A program made the position numbers and the translations under genes. Of a DNA stretch of 64,000 bases, positions 35,901-50,881 are shown piece after piece. The first letter of the stretch is position 1; every line of letters starts with the position of its first letter. The stretch covers positions 8,990,001-9,054,000 of the forward strand of contig CM102284.1 in the NCBI GenBank assembly GCA_046563655.1. The letters are read 5' to 3'. The stretch comes from Yuukianura sp. NJ FZ-2021. Its lineage: Eukaryota. The notes below the pieces were generated by a model. It worked only from the letters and a program-made list of their open reading frames with translations. It was not told where the DNA came from and did no database searches.

Positions 35901-37412
35901 CCCAACCTGTTAATTGTATTTGTTGACATTTTCACTTTTTGACCAAATTGTTTTGACCATTTCACATGCTACGGATAACCTGTTTATTTAATTAAATAAA
36001 GTTTGTGATTAAGTAATTAATTAATTAACTTTTTCCTGTGTTAGGGTCTGGATGGAAACGATATGCCAGCTGAAATTGGGTCGGACATACTGAACGACAA
36101 TACTGAGAAATTGACTTCAGCAATTACGAGTCTACCGCAACTGCTGGAGAGAAAGCGACTACTGGATGCTCATACGTCCATAGCCACCGGTAACAAAATT
36201 CTCATAGATTTTCATAAAAAAAATCTTAAATTATTCTTAGTTGACACAGTTTTTGGTTTGGATTTTTTTTAGCAATTTTGAAACAAATCAAAGATCGGAA
36301 GCTGGACACATTTTTTGAGCTGGAGACTAAGCTGATGAGTAGAGCAGCGCTGGAAAGAGGAGTGCTCGACGTTTTACTGGATCCTGACATGGGGCTGCCT
36401 GAAGACAAAATGAGATTCTTCCTAATTTATTACCTCATGGGCCAAGTCGAAATGTCAAAGGTCAGATTCTCTAAATTTTTGTATTTGTGCTTGTTTTTGT
36501 GTGATTTTGATCTTTGTTTTAAAATTTTGTGCAGAGTGAGCTGGAGCAATTTACTTCTGCGTTGGAGAGTGCTGGATGTGATTTAGGAGCTATCGCCTTT
36601 GTGAAGAAATGGATGTAAGAAGTATACTAGAATTTTGAATTTCTAATTTCTGGAAATTTCGAAATTTTTTGTGAAAATATGGAGTGAATTTTTGTTTTGT
36701 TCGGTTTTAGATCTTATAGCAAAATGGCGTCAGTCCAAACATCTCAGTCTACGTTTAGTACCTACAACAAATCCAGCATGTTTTCCAAACTGGTCACTGG
36801 CTCTTCGTTTTTGATGGAGGGCGTCAGAAATCTAGTTGTGAAGAGACAAGTAACTGAAAAGTGTTAATTAGATTAATTATTCTTGAAACTAATTAAACTT
36901 CTGTTGGATTTCCAGAACTTGCCAATTACTCGAATGACAGAGGAACTCATGGAGGGGAAAACGTCGCAAGAGACGGAGGATTTCAAGTACTACGATCCCA
37001 AAGTTCTGAAGCCCGGTGCTACTGCTCCACCCAAAGCCACTTACCAAGAAGCAATTGTCTTTGTAGTTGGTGGGGGAAACTACATGGAGTATCAGAATTT
37101 AGTGGATTCTTGCAAGGTAAACAATAAGAATGAATTAAAAAGTAAAGTAAGGTAAAAATAGTTTTAAAAAGCTATTCTAAGGAGTCAACTGTGAATTTGA
37201 TTTACGTGTGATAATTTTTCAGCCTAAAACTGGTGCTGGTGGTGGTCCTCCTAAGAAAATCACTTATGGATGCACAACGCTAATAAATGCTAAACAATTT
37301 CTTCAACAGGTAAGCCAATTCAGAAACTCTTAGCTAATTATTTGTGAATTGTAATAACTATTGACTTTTTTCATTCTAACAGTTATCATCACTTGGTCAA
37401 GAAATGAAATAA
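32930..37412 (+). CDS. SCFD1: Sec1 family domain-containing protein 1 (Sly1)
   Basis: Exon 1 MSNLREKQI (donor 32958) joins 34490 [10 protein letters not shown]...[15 protein letters not shown]...[50 protein letters not shown]; stop TAA 37410-37412. Confidence 0.95.
33060..34127 (+). CDS. PPCS: Phosphopantothenate--cysteine ligase, single exon nested in SCFD1 intron 1; may begin at acceptor 33145
   Basis: [68 protein letters not shown] cluster at 34297-34311. Confidence 0.95.
   Translation: MSVIETPTEIMLKLNYQFIVQLTPSNNLGSSAGSRHQLSRKLSEVDQRWESFFQEIQAPQNYETDIARLQQFIKSLPATAKVVLVSSGGTTVPLEQFTVRFVDNFSSGTRGAASAEVFLEKGYHVIFLYRHKSLLPFGRHIGNPLDILELHCSNSSDTSSIRVKSSELANTKLMLQKYEQFKPSCLLIPYVTLGDYLWLLRGISGELGQLGPRVMMYLAAAVSDFYVPKASLPEHKIQSTEEPSIHFSLVPKMLKPLTHEWAPMAFIVSFKLETDETLLLSKATGALKKYNHNIVIGNLLTTRKKTVTMVEKDGTVTKIDNPDESQDIEIHIVQELIKKHDDYIGQIGDKPTTSD
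34144..34282 (+). repeat. Degenerate ~45-bp tandem repeat (x3) in the PPCS 3' UTR
   Basis: CCACTTTCCGCAAAA(TTT)GTCACAAATTTTGTTAGTTTTTAGC-like unit repeated three times. Confidence 0.75.
35836..35960. repeat. Intronic imperfect inverted repeat (MITE-like hairpin)
   Basis: ATGGTCAAAAACAAATTGGTCAAAA ... TTTTGACCAAATTGTTTTGACCAT. Confidence 0.65.
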
Positions 37413-37762
37413 ATGGAATGCCAAATTCGTCTACGGAACGTGGTACACCGTGAAAGTTTTCCTTTCATGGTAATTCACTTTCGATTAATTTAATTGGTTG
37501 GAGAACGTTACTGTTGATGGAAGTTGGTGCGTGTAATGAGGCGAGCGTTGTGCAAGTGTTGCCACCTCATAATGGCAAAATTGTTTTTATAATAACCTTA
37601 TTTAATATTATGGTTAACTTATGCGGAATTCCTATAGGTTATGGCTCTAGATTTCTATTCTATTTTTCTGGAACTCCTTCAAATTAAAATCATGAAACCA
37701 CAAAACCTATAATTCTGCAAAAAGCTTCCGAAATCTTTGGAAACTTTCCCGGATATCGTTGT

Positions 37763-37850
37763 TGGAAATTTTGCTGGAAATCTTTGGGAATTTTGCTGGA
37801 AATCTTTGGAGATTTTGCTGGAAATCTGTGGAATTTTTGCAGGAATTCTG
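37763..37850 (+). repeat. 22-bp minisatellite, ~4 copies
   Basis: GGAAATTTTGCTGGAAATCTTT-like unit. Confidence 0.75.
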
Positions 37851-39525
37851 AAATTTTGACTATTAGCTTAGGTTATGGTTGTGTTTTGAGTACAAGAGGC
37901 TGGGGTAAGTGGGGTTGGCGAGTCATTTGGTGTAGGAAAGGAGTAGTGTTTGGGAGTGTATCGCAAGAGGAGTCGAAGAAGTGACTCTGATTAGCACTCT
38001 AGTACATGCAAGAGGAGATTAACACGAAAAGGAAAGGGAAGAACCATCATCCTCATATCTTTTCAGTCATCCTCCCGCATACTCTTCTTAAGTTATCCTC
38101 AATTAATACTAATTTAACAACATGAGAACACAGGGATCAGCAGTAGTCCAGAACAGTGTCCACTGACCACACGGACCAACCAACTTTAATTGGAAAAGCA
38201 GGCAAACGGAATACAACTAACAGAAACCACAAGGATTTGTCTTTGTTCTTTCAGTTTCCTTTTGTCCCCGGCCAATCACACGACGAAAGTGCGTAAGAAT
38301 AGGCGAGTAGATTTCTTTCGGAACGAGGTCAACGTCGGGGTCACCGTCAACTGAAGTGTCTTGTTACCCAGATTTACCCGGTAAGTGATCTTAAGCACCC
38401 TTAAGTGCCACATCTTACGAAACGAAATCAAAACGTTTCTGAGTTACAGCTGTGCTGGTGTATTGTTTTGATTGGTCGGTTACGAAACAAAACAAGTGAT
38501 TAATCATTAATCACAAGTAATCATTGTATCATTGTGTAACTGGTGTCAATTGATGACCCTTGAAATCATAATTTTATGAGGTCATTTATCACATAAGATG
38601 AGCATCAAGCAGTTACATTCGGGTGACAATTGACGATGACAAAGGAACAAAGACTCTTCTGCGGTTGATTCATCTTGGTTTTATTGATGACAATTATCAT
38701 TATGACGTTTCTTCGCCACACTTAAATGGATCTAATGTGCTACAGAATTCATTTGACACTTAGATTATCGACCTTGAACTTGCTAATAGCATCATAGTTT
38801 ATGACTAATTATTAATTGTGAAAGAAAAACGTAATGTTTTTGTTTATTTGACAGGAGCAGTACTACTGGAAGGAAGTGTTCGTAGAATCCAATTGCCTCT
38901 TAATCGGATGACGTATCAACTATCGGTGTTATTCATCCTCTTATGAATTTGAATGGGAAGTAATCACAGCTCGAGCTAAATCCACTTCAGAGCAATTCGC
39001 TGATACAAGCAAGGCTTCTGCCGTGACAATTTTTGGATTGACTGTCATGCGTCATCGGACTGCGGTGTTTTGTCAGCGATTGTGCATCGGAATTCCGTGA
39101 ATCCTTCCAGCCTTTTCATTTCGTCACTCATCATATAACACCTTGTCCAACTACTCGACCACCACAGATCATCACCAACTGAAGTTTGTCACTTCCTGTT
39201 TGCTGACCAATCACCAACTGACTATTGACACACAAGATTACTCCAGTTATCCAACTTTTACAGCACTTCCAGAACAACCGTAGTAGACACTTCTACCACT
39301 CCGGTTTATCTTATCTGTTTGTCTATTGGGTTATTGGACACGAAGTGGCAGTGACCAGCTCAGCCCTCCCGTCGACAACGTTTTTCCTCAGTTTTCAGTG
39401 TGAACAACCTCGCACATCGCTTTTTTCAACATTTAATCTACGCTAAACTTGCTCCAGTCTCTGGACTACTAAAAGTGACATCTTAAGTGTCCAGTGTCAA
39501 AAGTGATCATATCAATTAGTTCATC

Positions 39526-42500
39526 ATGCGTGAATTCAAGGTCGTCGTACTGGGCAGTGGCGGAGTAGGGAAAAGTGCTCTGACAGTACAATTCGTCTCA
39601 GGGTGCTTCATGGAAAAGTATGATCCAACTATTGAAGATTTCTATCGCAAGGAGATTGAGGTGGACGGGTCACCAAGTGTACTGGAAATACTGGATACTG
39701 CTGGAACAGAACAATTTGCCTCCATGAGAGACTTGTACATAAAGAATGGGCAGGGATTCCTCGTCGTGTACTCAATTACTAATCATCAGACGTTCCAAGA
39801 TATCAAAACAATGAAGGAACAAATCAGTCGGGTCAAGGGAGCAGACCGTGTGCCTTTACTACTAGTCGGAAACAAAGTAAGTAACAAAAACGTTTCTTTT
39901 TCGACAAAATTTTAGCCATTTTTGTTCCATTTTTAGCTCAAATCGATTCTTTTTTATGATTTAATCTCTCATAACGGATTTTTCTGCACGTTTTCTTTTT
40001 GTAAACACGCAAAGCGTCGTGCAACCGTTTAATCCAAAAGCAAAACGAAAAATCCTTGGTTCTAGACTCACATTTTTGGTAATAACTTTAAGGTTTAGGC
40101 AACAGTTGCAAAATTTTTGCGATGAGATGAGAATTTAACACTCTTAAGCATCAGATGATGAAATTGTAAGCACAAGGTCCTTGATGCTGCTTAATTGGGA
40201 GTGTAGGAATGTTGTTGTTATTGAACATAGCATTTTAGTCCAAATATTGTTCAGTTAGGCAAGTTGAAGGTGCAAAATGTAGAGAATGTGATGGACATCA
40301 TTGCAATTAAGGATTTTGACTATTTTATTTGACAGTGAATCACACATCTTCTCTCCTAAGAGGTGATTTAACTAAACCGGTTTTCGCACTAAATTGACCA
40401 AAGATTTTTAATTTGCAAGCTTTTTAACAATCATCATCTGCATTCTGCAACTAAACCGTTTTTTTTCGTTGCAAAATCGTTAATCATTTGGATTTAAATT
40501 TTAATAGACACCGACGCCATTTACATTTTTGACATTTTTTAACTCGGTGGATTTTAAATCGAAGTGCAGATTTAAAGAAGAAAAAATTCTAAACGGCAGT
40601 AAACAACGAAACACGAAAAATCTCTTTTTTTTTATATATATAAAAATAAAGTAAAGAATTTGTATTTGTATTTTTTGGTTAGAAACGCAAAAAAAATCTT
40701 CTTGCAAAAAATTGAGATGAATTTATAAAAGTTGGGTTGTTGGGATGTGGCGTGTTTTAGCCTATTTTGAATGCAATTTGGCGTTACAAGATTCATTGTC
40801 AATGGAAATTGGATATCTTCTCTATCCAAAGTCGTTTGTGCTTTTTGATTAGATTTTGTGAGTAAGAAGGAGAATCTGTTTGGATGTTGTAAGATCTTTT
40901 ACCGCTTGAGATGCAGAAAGTGTCAAAGTTAATTAAGAGCGTATCTTCTTTTTGCAAGGGGATGATGACGACGGAAGATGTTGTGTATCTGAGTTATCTG
41001 AGTAAAAGTGGGCCCACTAATCATGTCAACTAATCCTCCGAGGACCCCTATAGCTCATGTCCCACATCACATCCCCATTCAAACACAGATCATCACTTAA
41101 ATTCCACTAAAAACTTAACGGCACATTTATAATCTACGCTTTTTCTTGTGTTCTAAAACGGATCCGCAGAGGAGTAATCCTTTCAAGCCTGATTAATTGT
41201 AATTCCTCTGCCATGGGATTTGAACATGAACTGCTAAAAAATTTTAACTTGAAAAAAATTGACAAAAGAGGCATGTGCTCTTTACAGACTTTTATGAAGT
41301 CTTACATTGGAAGTTGGTTTGAGAAATTTCGATTTTCAAAACAAAATTTTGTGGTGCTTCTTACTTTTTTAATCAAACAGAAATCAATGCCGTCAAACTT
41401 TTCCGAAATGGAGTCCAAATTTTGCCGTTTTTGTGAAAATATTTAGTTTTTTGATGAAAGTGTACCATGATTGAATTTCCTGGATTTTGACTAAATTTTC
41501 GGGTAGAATCGCCTTCGACATTTGTTTTCCGGAAATTCTGTTTTTTGGAAAAGCTAAAAGTAAACGAGTTTGTTCGTTTTTCATGGAAATGTTGCAGAAA
41601 AGGGAGCGCCAATTGCTAGGAAATTCCTCTGTGTCATCTCCATTCATACTCCTCTTTTTTTCATTTGTGCTAAAAAGCACAAACAACAACAACCCACACA
41701 TAGACTGTGTTTTCGTTTAAAAAGTGGTTCAAATGTGGTCAAAATTCGTATAGTTATGGTGGTTTTTAGTGTTGCTGGAAGTGTAAAAGTACAAAGTTCT
41801 TGCTAACTTTGTAATTCTTGTTGTTATTTTAAGTTTTTAGAGTTGAACTGCTTGTTGAACACCACAAACGCTTCCGGTTGTTCTTTGATTAAAATTGTTC
41901 TTCTGCTGGTACTTAACACAAAGAGGAAGCTTTTAACTTTTTAGTTTTTATTGTTAACATATAAAAAAAAACACAAAGATAAATTTTGAGAGTTCATGCT
42001 TTTTTTTTTGTCAAAATTTTGATGGAGATGCTCTTTGTTTCTCTACAATTTCTTTTTGTGCGTGTTTCTTTTTAGTTTTGAACAAATTGCATAACATAAA
42101 AGTTGAATTTGAGTTGTTTTTAATAGGGCAATGGTTTTCTTGTTCATTGATGCACTTACATGGTTTGATTAACCATTTAACCACGATTATGAAAATATCG
42201 AAAGTTAGTGTTAAATTATAGTGCTAAATTGTAAAGATTTTGGAGGGAATGAGGAATGATGGCCTTCATTTTGTGGTTGTTTTGTGAAACAAGAGTTGTA
42301 GTGCTAAAAAGTAGAAAGGAATACACGGTTGGTGGTTTTTGGTTTGTGAATCGATAATAAGGTGATTCAGACTGCTCTTGGGAAGATTCAGTTTTTGGCA
42401 AGAGGTGTTGGGTAGGAGGGGCACAGCTAGGCAAAAAATATACATTGCATATATAAAAAAGTGTATATTATATATTTTGGATGTTGAAATTTCCACTAAA

Positions 42501-45500
42501 CGGAGATGGAACAAAGAGGGAGATGATTTCGTGATGAAGATGATGAGTTTGTGGAGAGGACTTAATCACGAACACGATCAGATGTAGGTTGCCTCGAACT
42601 GTGTTATTTTTGTAAAAGTCTGAGTGTTGTAAGCGCTGAGTCCAAAGTTTAGTTTTACTTGTAAGTTTTAGTTTTGTGGGGATTGGATTCTTGTTCGACT
42701 GCCTACAGATGCTTGAGATGCTTTTGAAAAGAGATGAAGGTTGGGGGATGAAGAGATTGGTTGCTTTGAGATGCGTTGAGTTTTTGTCGTGAGATGTCTG
42801 AAATGTGATATTTTGTGTGTTATTAATTTTGGGATGATATAAATCATGCGATTTCGTCATTCCGTGCAGGAAACTGTGCAGGATCAATGATGGAGATGCC
42901 GGAAACGGCCTGGAGACGGGGGAGAAATTGTCCAGGAGATTTTTGGTGACTGGATAGCATGCTGATGACGAAAGTTTGTGTTTTAGTGAGTAGTGAGCCT
43001 GTAATTGTGGGTTATGTGTCACGGGGACTTTAGATTTTAGTTGGTTCAGAACACGGAAGGCATGGACATGCATGGTCCAGGAAGTTATGTAACTTTGAAG
43101 TATATCCAGTTGTAAATTGTTGGACAGTTTTTAATTAAAGTGAACATAAATCTTTAGTTAACTGCTAGGAGGAGGGCGGTGAGTCAGAACTCAATTGACT
43201 CTGACTGTGATCTTGACATGAGCATCTTGACACACATTCCAGAGACATGAGGTTGCAAAGTTGCGCAAATTTTTAGCAACTCGGACAAAATTTGGCAAAT
43301 TGTTGGGTTGTGGAGTCTGGAAGTTATTTAGCGAAGTGGCGAAGATTTTTATGTGGTCGTTTTTGGAATTTGCAATTCTGAATGCTTGCAATTTTTTTTT
43401 TTTTTTGGTTAGAGTGCAATGTAGCATGGAGATGGAGATTAGGCTCGGAGGAGGGAAAATTTACAAATTGCAGAAAAATTTGCAACACTCAACACTCTCG
43501 AGACGCACTTACGAGTGCTTTGTGTTTCCGAGAAATGAGTTTTGGTCTGTGCATTCATGGGGTTTCGGTTTGAGTTGATGAGTAATAGACTTGCAATTTT
43601 TGCAACTGTTTTGTTGGACTTTGGAGCAAAGTGGAGATGTGAGGAAGGCATGAACTGATGGTTTTTAACATGGAGTTTTGCTTTTGGCTATTTTTAACAA
43701 CAAATTAAATGGCAGAGACTTTGAGCACAAATTCTGATGGATTATGGAACTTTTGAAAAATTGTGATTTCGAAAGTAACTTTGAAATTCAAGATTTTGTA
43801 ATTTTGAAAATTGAAAATTTTGTAATTTGTCTATGATTTTGTAATTTTCGAAATTACGGATTTTGAAGATACTTGTACAAATTGTAGGTTTTGGAGGATT
43901 TTGAACACACTACTGAAAACTGCATGTTGGAAAAATTTAGAAATAGTTTTTGGAAATGCTATATTTTATAAATTGGAAATTGATAGAGCTTGTGATTTGT
44001 TTCAAAAGTTGAGGAGACTGTGGGATTATGTCTAATTATTTCCAGTTTGCTCTTGGATTTGAAGAGATGTGAGATGATCCTGTGATCTTTTGTGATCTGT
44101 GTCTGTGTGTGTGATGTTGGCCTTGTGTCTGTTTGTCTTTTAAGTTGGGATGACGCATAGAGTGGGACGAATGGATCTTGTTCTCTCTCTTCTGGATTGA
44201 TTTAAGGCTTTTCTTCTTAGGCCAAAACGTGACAAGTTGGTATTTCCCTCTGTCGCTCCTGTTCCTTCAGAATAACAAAATTTAAAAGTGAAACTAGACA
44301 CTAAATAGAGAGAAACGGAGAGCCAGAACAGAGAGTTTCATTATTCTCTGAATCTTCTAACCTTTTTAAACTAAACAAATGAATCATTAATTTCAACTTT
44401 TTTTTGAGTTGTTATTCTATTCAAGTGTAGAAGTACAAGGCTAGGCTCTGCTTGGTTTCAAAAACTAAAAAAGTTGGAGATTATGTTGAAAGGTTTCTGG
44501 TTTTAGTGCGTCCAAGGACACGGACTTGGACATGACAAGTTAAGGGACTGATGATGGGCTGACTTAAGCAATGTAAATTCAGCAAAAGGAGATCTCAAAT
44601 GTCAACATTTTTTCAAAAGGCTCTCGACTACGTTTTTTTTTCAGCTTTTCGAACTTTATTTTCGGTTTTTTGTTCTTCTGTTTTTTTTTAGCTTGATGCG
44701 CGAGGAAGTTTAGATAGAATTTTAGCATTAAAAGTCGATTAGAGAGAAACCTGGGAAGGTGGGTTAAGTTTTTGTGGAAATGGGTAGCACTGTTACTGCT
44801 GCTACTACTGTCTGTTCTGTGCTTTGACATACTAGTAGGCAGTAGTTTCCGTTTTTTGGTAAGAGTTGGGATTGAAGTTAATCGATTACTGGATTACTCA
44901 GTGAAGGGGAAGTGGAAAATGAGACAGTAACACAGGCTGGAAGTGGATAGACAGGAGAAAGCGAGACAGGAACAGGAAAATGCTGAGGTGGAAGTGGATA
45001 AAAGTTCATTTTTCGGCTTGTCCTATAAAATATTTAATAAACTTGTAGCTTTTTAAGGGCTTTTAGAGTTACGCAAAAGAGGCTTTTGGCGGGAAAACGG
45101 AGCTTTTTTTTAAGGCAGAAAAATAGGTTTTTGGCGGAGAAAGTTTCTTTTTTTTTTAGGAAGAAAAGGCGTTTTTTGAAAGATTCGGGGAGCTTAAGCT
45201 GCGTTTAAGGACGATTAAGGATCATCTTTCTTTGTCACTTTGGATAAACTAAGTCTACTTTGCAAGATGAGCTTTTTAGTAATGGAGAAAAGTCTCTTTT
45301 TTGGCTTTTCGGAGAAAGAGAAAGTAATCAGGGAGAGAATAAATAAATAATTTCAAAAATCGATTTTTAGTTTAAGAGAAAGGAGAGAAAGTATGGATTT
45401 TGGTTTTTGGGAAAAAGGTTTTAGGTATTGAGTTTTTTGTTGTGCTTTTTTGAAGTGATGGAAAGTGAAAGTGGAAATGGGATTGGGATTGAGGTGAAAG

Positions 45501-48264
45501 TGGGAACCACTGGATGCTGGAGGATTTAATGCTGTTGGATGCTGGATGGTGCTGGAGGGAGGGATATTTTGAAAGTATTAGAGAGGAGTTTCGTGTGTTG
45601 GAGGTTTGAATTTGAGTGAGTCTCCTGTCAAAGGTCTAATTTCATTATTCTCATATTTCCTCCTAACTTTCTCTTCTCCTGGAAACATATTTTTCAACTT
45701 TCGGCTCAATTACTTTCTCCTGTCCTCCAGCAACCTTTATTTCTCCTCTAATGCTGGATACTTGATGCTGGATATACTGGATATGCTGGATACTTGATGC
45801 TGGGTATACTGGAAATGGCAAAGTGCTGATAGAGCAGGAATAGAGAGGGTTATGTCCGCTTCTCAGTATAATTCAATTTGGAAACCAATTTTACTCAAAC
45901 TGATTTCCGTTTTGTGGAACATTTTGTAAGAAATTTAGAAAAAGCTGGGCAAAGGTTTTGTAATTTGGTTCGATTGGAAATTTGAAATTTTTCGGAAAAG
46001 CGGTTTACAAAAAAAGGCAAAGTAGAAATTAGGTTGATTTTGGATTGTAGAATTTTCTGTGTAGGTAAAATTGAATTTAGAAAGAAAAGAAATTTTTGGT
46101 ACAAGGGATGTAATGAACTCGAAACTGGAAGTCATCAAATGAAGTTGTAGAAAGAATGTTAATTTTTTGCTAGCTTGTTTTCTACTGAATTTTTTCTTTG
46201 AAATTTTGAATCTGAACAAAATCGTGCTGAAGTTGGTTGTCTTCAGCTCAGAGGTCTCAGTTCTCATTTTAGTAGAACATGCGTAATTTTTGTTCTCTTG
46301 GTCGAAAAATTCATCCACTCGTGCTTTGGCTCTTGTCATTTTGAACTTTTTCAAAATGTTAAAAACATTTTGACTAAAAAGTGAAAATGTACTGATTAAT
46401 GAGAATAAGTGAATTGAATGGGGCAAAAACTAAGCAGATGAGCAGGATGAGGGAATCTTTTGGTTTATCTTTGTCGATGTCTCGCCTTGTCCTTTGAATT
46501 TTGACGCTTCTGCTTCTTTTGCTTTTAGTTTTGTCTTTTTTTTTTTGTGTTGAATTGGATGTAAAAGCCTATTACCATTTTATATAAATGTTCTTCAGCC
46601 TTCACTTTCTCAGGGTTGGCTATGTTCAAAATACAAAAAATTGGGGAGATGAGCTGCTCGTAACATTGTTATTCCGTCTGCTCTTTTTTCTTGTTCATCT
46701 GGTAGACGTTTCGTCTATAAGATTTGGATGTTGCATAATTCCAAAGCGGCTTTTGTATTCGAGTGAACGCCTTCTTCATCTTAAGTTTTCCATTTGGATG
46801 TTCATGTTTTTTATATTCTCTTAAGTTGGGCAGATGAATTGTGAAAATGAGTTCAAATTTTCTGGTACTAAGCTTCAATTGAAGGAGGGAACGGCCGAAC
46901 AATGGACTTTCGTAATTCTCGACCAATTGATTTTGGGAAGTGCAGAAGAAAAGGCTTAGTAAACTGCAAATTTTGTTAAACTAATTTGTTTTGTGTTGGA
47001 AATTGGGAAGGATGTGGAAAACGGGACATGTCGGAAGATGCTAGTTTTTAAATTGAAAAAGAACAATCCGTTTTTTAGGAATTAAAAAATGCCGTATGGT
47101 TTTAACTAACTTGTAATTTAAAAGTCATTAAGAATCTTCGTTCTTCGTGAGTCTTCTGCTAGTGGAAATGGCAACACATCTTAATCTTTTCCACATGAGT
47201 TGAACTTTTTTGCAAGGTGGATGTGGAAGTTGCGAATTCATGGTTTTGGCCATAGGCTAAATTCCCAATTTGCAAATAATGATGTGTTGTTGTTGTCTGT
47301 TGTTGGACATGCACTTCAATTGGTTTCGGTTGGTTGCGACAAAAGTTTAGTCCGCTAAAAGCTTGAGGGCAGCATTGCCAAGAGGCTGTTTAAACTTAAA
47401 ATGTCCGCTGCGATACTATTCTGCGTTTGCGTGAGAAGAATTTGAAATTTTGATTTTAAATTGCAGCTATTATTGGGTTTTATAAAGTTTTGGATGATGG
47501 GGAGTTTTATATTTTGAAAAGTGGGGCATGGGTGATGAAAATTTTTGGTGTGAATTAGTTTTAAAGAAAGACCACAACATTTCTTGAGAGGTTTGTTAAC
47601 GAGCGGCATTTTGAGATTCGTTTTTGGAAGAAATTTTTTGCGTAATAGTTAAATGGTTATGTATAATAAATAATTAGCAAAGTTAATCGAGGAAGGAGTG
47701 CCTGAAATGGTGTGATTTGTATCGTATTTGCATCTTGTTTACTTTTCCCTTTTATGGAAGTTTCTTTTTTATTACAAACTGTGTGAGGTCACAACCGTTT
47801 GAATTTTTTTGGGTTGTCCGCGGGGCACTTAATGGCGAAATTTGTTAGATTCGTGATGGGTAAACACATTTTTACTTGCACAAGATTTAGAAATTGAGAA
47901 GTTTTTAGAAAAGTTTCCAAGAGATTTGACTGATTTGAGTTTTTTTTTTTTTTGAAGTCGGAGTTGGGTTTTGAAAAAAAAATGAGTTAATTTTTTGTTA
48001 AATTTTTTTTTTATGATTTGAATTGGTAATTGATTAATTTGTTTGTTTTTGCAGGTAGATCTGGAGCATCAACGTGAAGTGTCCAAGAATGAGGGGATGA
48101 CATTAGCTCAACTGTGGGGTTGTTCCTTTATAGAAACTTCTGCTAAGAACAGAACTAACGTCAATGACGTCTTTGCCGAAGTTGTGAGAGAAATGAATTG
48201 TCGACCTACGAAAAGCAAGCAGTCGTACTGTTGTAATTGTTCCTCATCTTGTAGCATCCTCTAA
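39526..48264 (+). CDS. RAP2: Ras-related protein Rap-2 (2 coding exons, 8.2-kb intron)
   Basis: [35 protein letters not shown] (Phe typical of Rap2), [15 protein letters not shown]; exon 1 39526-39876, exon 2 48055-48264; C-terminal CCNC...CSIL CaaX. Confidence 0.95.
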
Positions 48265-50881
48265 CATAGATCCCAACTTTACTTTGTTTTCTACTCAAGA
48301 AAATGAAGACAAAGTTATTACGGCCCACAAGTTAACTTAAGTTGAGAATTAGAGCATAAGAGCACGACATTTTCATGTAAAAAGACCTTGGGAAACTGAC
48401 AAATACGGTGGTAGGGGTACAGAAATGTAAGTTAGGCTGGATTAGGCTGGGTTGCATAACCTAATCGATTAAAATCTTACACGACTCACTTGGACATAAG
48501 CAAAAATGCTCATTTAAAATACGACCTTAACGCTAAACCTAATTTAACTGCGAAACTGGATTACTAAACTCGAGGGACGTCAAATTATTATTCAGGAGCT
48601 GAACGTAAAAAATCAGAGCTATGAACTTAAAAAATTTGACCTTTTGTACTCATAGCCAAAAAAAGTTACACTAATTGATTTCTGCACAGGAAATCAATAC
48701 TTTAACTTCTGCGTAATTTTTATGCCTTTTTTACCTAGGTTTTTGTGTCGAGAAAATTTGGGGCAAAAAATTTTAATGTCAAATTTCCCAATTTTACTGG
48801 AACAAGGAGAAACATTTGCCTCAAAAGTTTTAAAAATTGTCGAAACTAATTTTTTAGAAACAAAGAAATGCATTTCGTAGCGAAACTTTCGTTACAATTT
48901 TTGTAACAATTTGAAGAGTGTGAAATTGGAATCATCAAAGTCGCCTTTGACTTTTTCTCATTTTAGTAAGGCAAAGTGCCTAAAATTTCAAAATTTGAAC
49001 AATTTGCGTATTTACATACTTTGATGAAGACGTAACTTTTTAGCGATGTTTTTTTACAGAATAGAAAAAGAGAAAACTTTTAAAAGGCTTTGAAAAAAAA
49101 CTTTCACCATTCACGGGAAAAGTTTAGAAATCAACAAATTACGTAGAGATAATAACTGATTGTTCAAAATTGTGATTATGCACTGGGCTTAAAAAACTTT
49201 TTTAAAAAAGAGGCTCGTTTCGTTACGGATTTTTTGTTTGAAATTGACAATTCACTAAGGCACAAAAGTTTTTCAAAATTTTCTGATGAGGAGCTCCGGG
49301 GGGTGATTTGGTTTTCCATTTAATTTTAAACTTTCTAATTGTGGATTTTAGTGCACAAAGCCTTGTCACAGTTAAAAGTGTAAATTTAGTCCAAATTTAG
49401 ACTGACAATAATTGTTATACGTCGCATTTCTTTTCTTTTCTACTCAAACTAACAAACTGACCACTGAACTGACGTTTTTGACAAGTTTAAGAACTCTAGA
49501 CGCCTACTTCCCACTTTTTTGCCATAACTTTCCCTTGTTCTTTTCTTGTTATGTTATTATTATGAATTATAATTGTAAGTTAGTAATTAAGAAAAAATTG
49601 CCAATTAGTTAAGGTTAGTAAGCAATAAGTACGGTACTACTTTACTATTATGTGTAGGGTAAGACGGAAAACGTAAAATTTATGATTTTTTTGTTAAAAG
49701 GAAGAAATTTTTTAATTAAGTTGAAAACATAAGTTAATTGAATTTAGTTATTAAAATTCTAGGTTGTCATTTCCCCTCTTCCTCCCTAGGCCAGTGCTTT
49801 CGACGAGAACTAAAACAAATTAATTCTCGCCAAATTAGTGAGAATCGAGAGCACATTGATATAAATTGTGTTTTTTTAAGACAAAAATTTAGCATGTTAA
49901 GGTTAAAGTGTATAGCGACGAACGACTTAATTTTTGAAAGTCGAATTTTTCTAAAACTGGACAAAAAATGTATGTTTGGATATAAAGACAAACTAACTTT
50001 GTAAAGTGGATAAAACAAGAAAAAACCCATTTTTGTACCAGAGGATTTTACTGTCAATTTTCTCATAAAACTTGTAACAAAAAGAACTTCAATTTTCTTG
50101 GAAGAAAGGAGAGAGAGAGATTTGCGATGGATTTACACAACACGCTCCATGTATTTTTGATCCGAATTCCAAGAAAAGTAGAAAACGACGAAGGATTTTC
50201 TCGTTTTTTATGAAAATTCCTTTCTGGTTTTGTCAATCTCCTGTTTTCTCTACTTTCTTCAGGAAAATCCAAAGTTCTGGAGGTTTTTGGCCTGGAAAAA
50301 GTCAAAAAAATTAATGCATATTTCATATTTGTGAATGAAAAACACTTTGATCAGACTGACTGGGTTTTCTTCTAAAAATTAGAGAGCGTGTTATCCAATT
50401 AGTAATTGATTGTGTAATACTGCCTCGACTCGTTGTGTCTAAAAAGTAGACTAAAAGTACCTCCTGTTTAAATCATTAACTTATCTACTTACCTTTATTC
50501 CCACAAACAATTATTTATACAAGACAGATTCTTAATAATAAACAGGATTAAATTGTTTTATTGTCTGGAAAGAGTTGTCCAAAAAACTAAACTGAAAGTG
50601 GGGAAAAAGAGAAAGTTTTTGCTCCGTTTGTAGTAAAAAGTAAAGAGGCTTTGAATTTCACTGGACAACTACTACTAAATAAATTACTTAAAAAACTACA
50701 GTAGTGAGTCTAAAAAGTGCTGGGGCTTGTGCTTCGGACGTTTTAATGAAAGCGATGTCCGGATTTCTGCAAAACAAGAAATTAATGTTAAATTTTCAAT
50801 TTTTTGAGCAGGTTTCTTAAACAGTGAAGGTTGAGCATTACGAATTGGGATTGGACGCTGAATTTTTGGTGTGAGACAGCA

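Noticed and set aside
42468-43073. 201-aa antisense ORF in the Rap2 intron
   Set aside because: No recognisable motif; H/K/N/S-rich composition is explained by the G/T skew of the intron
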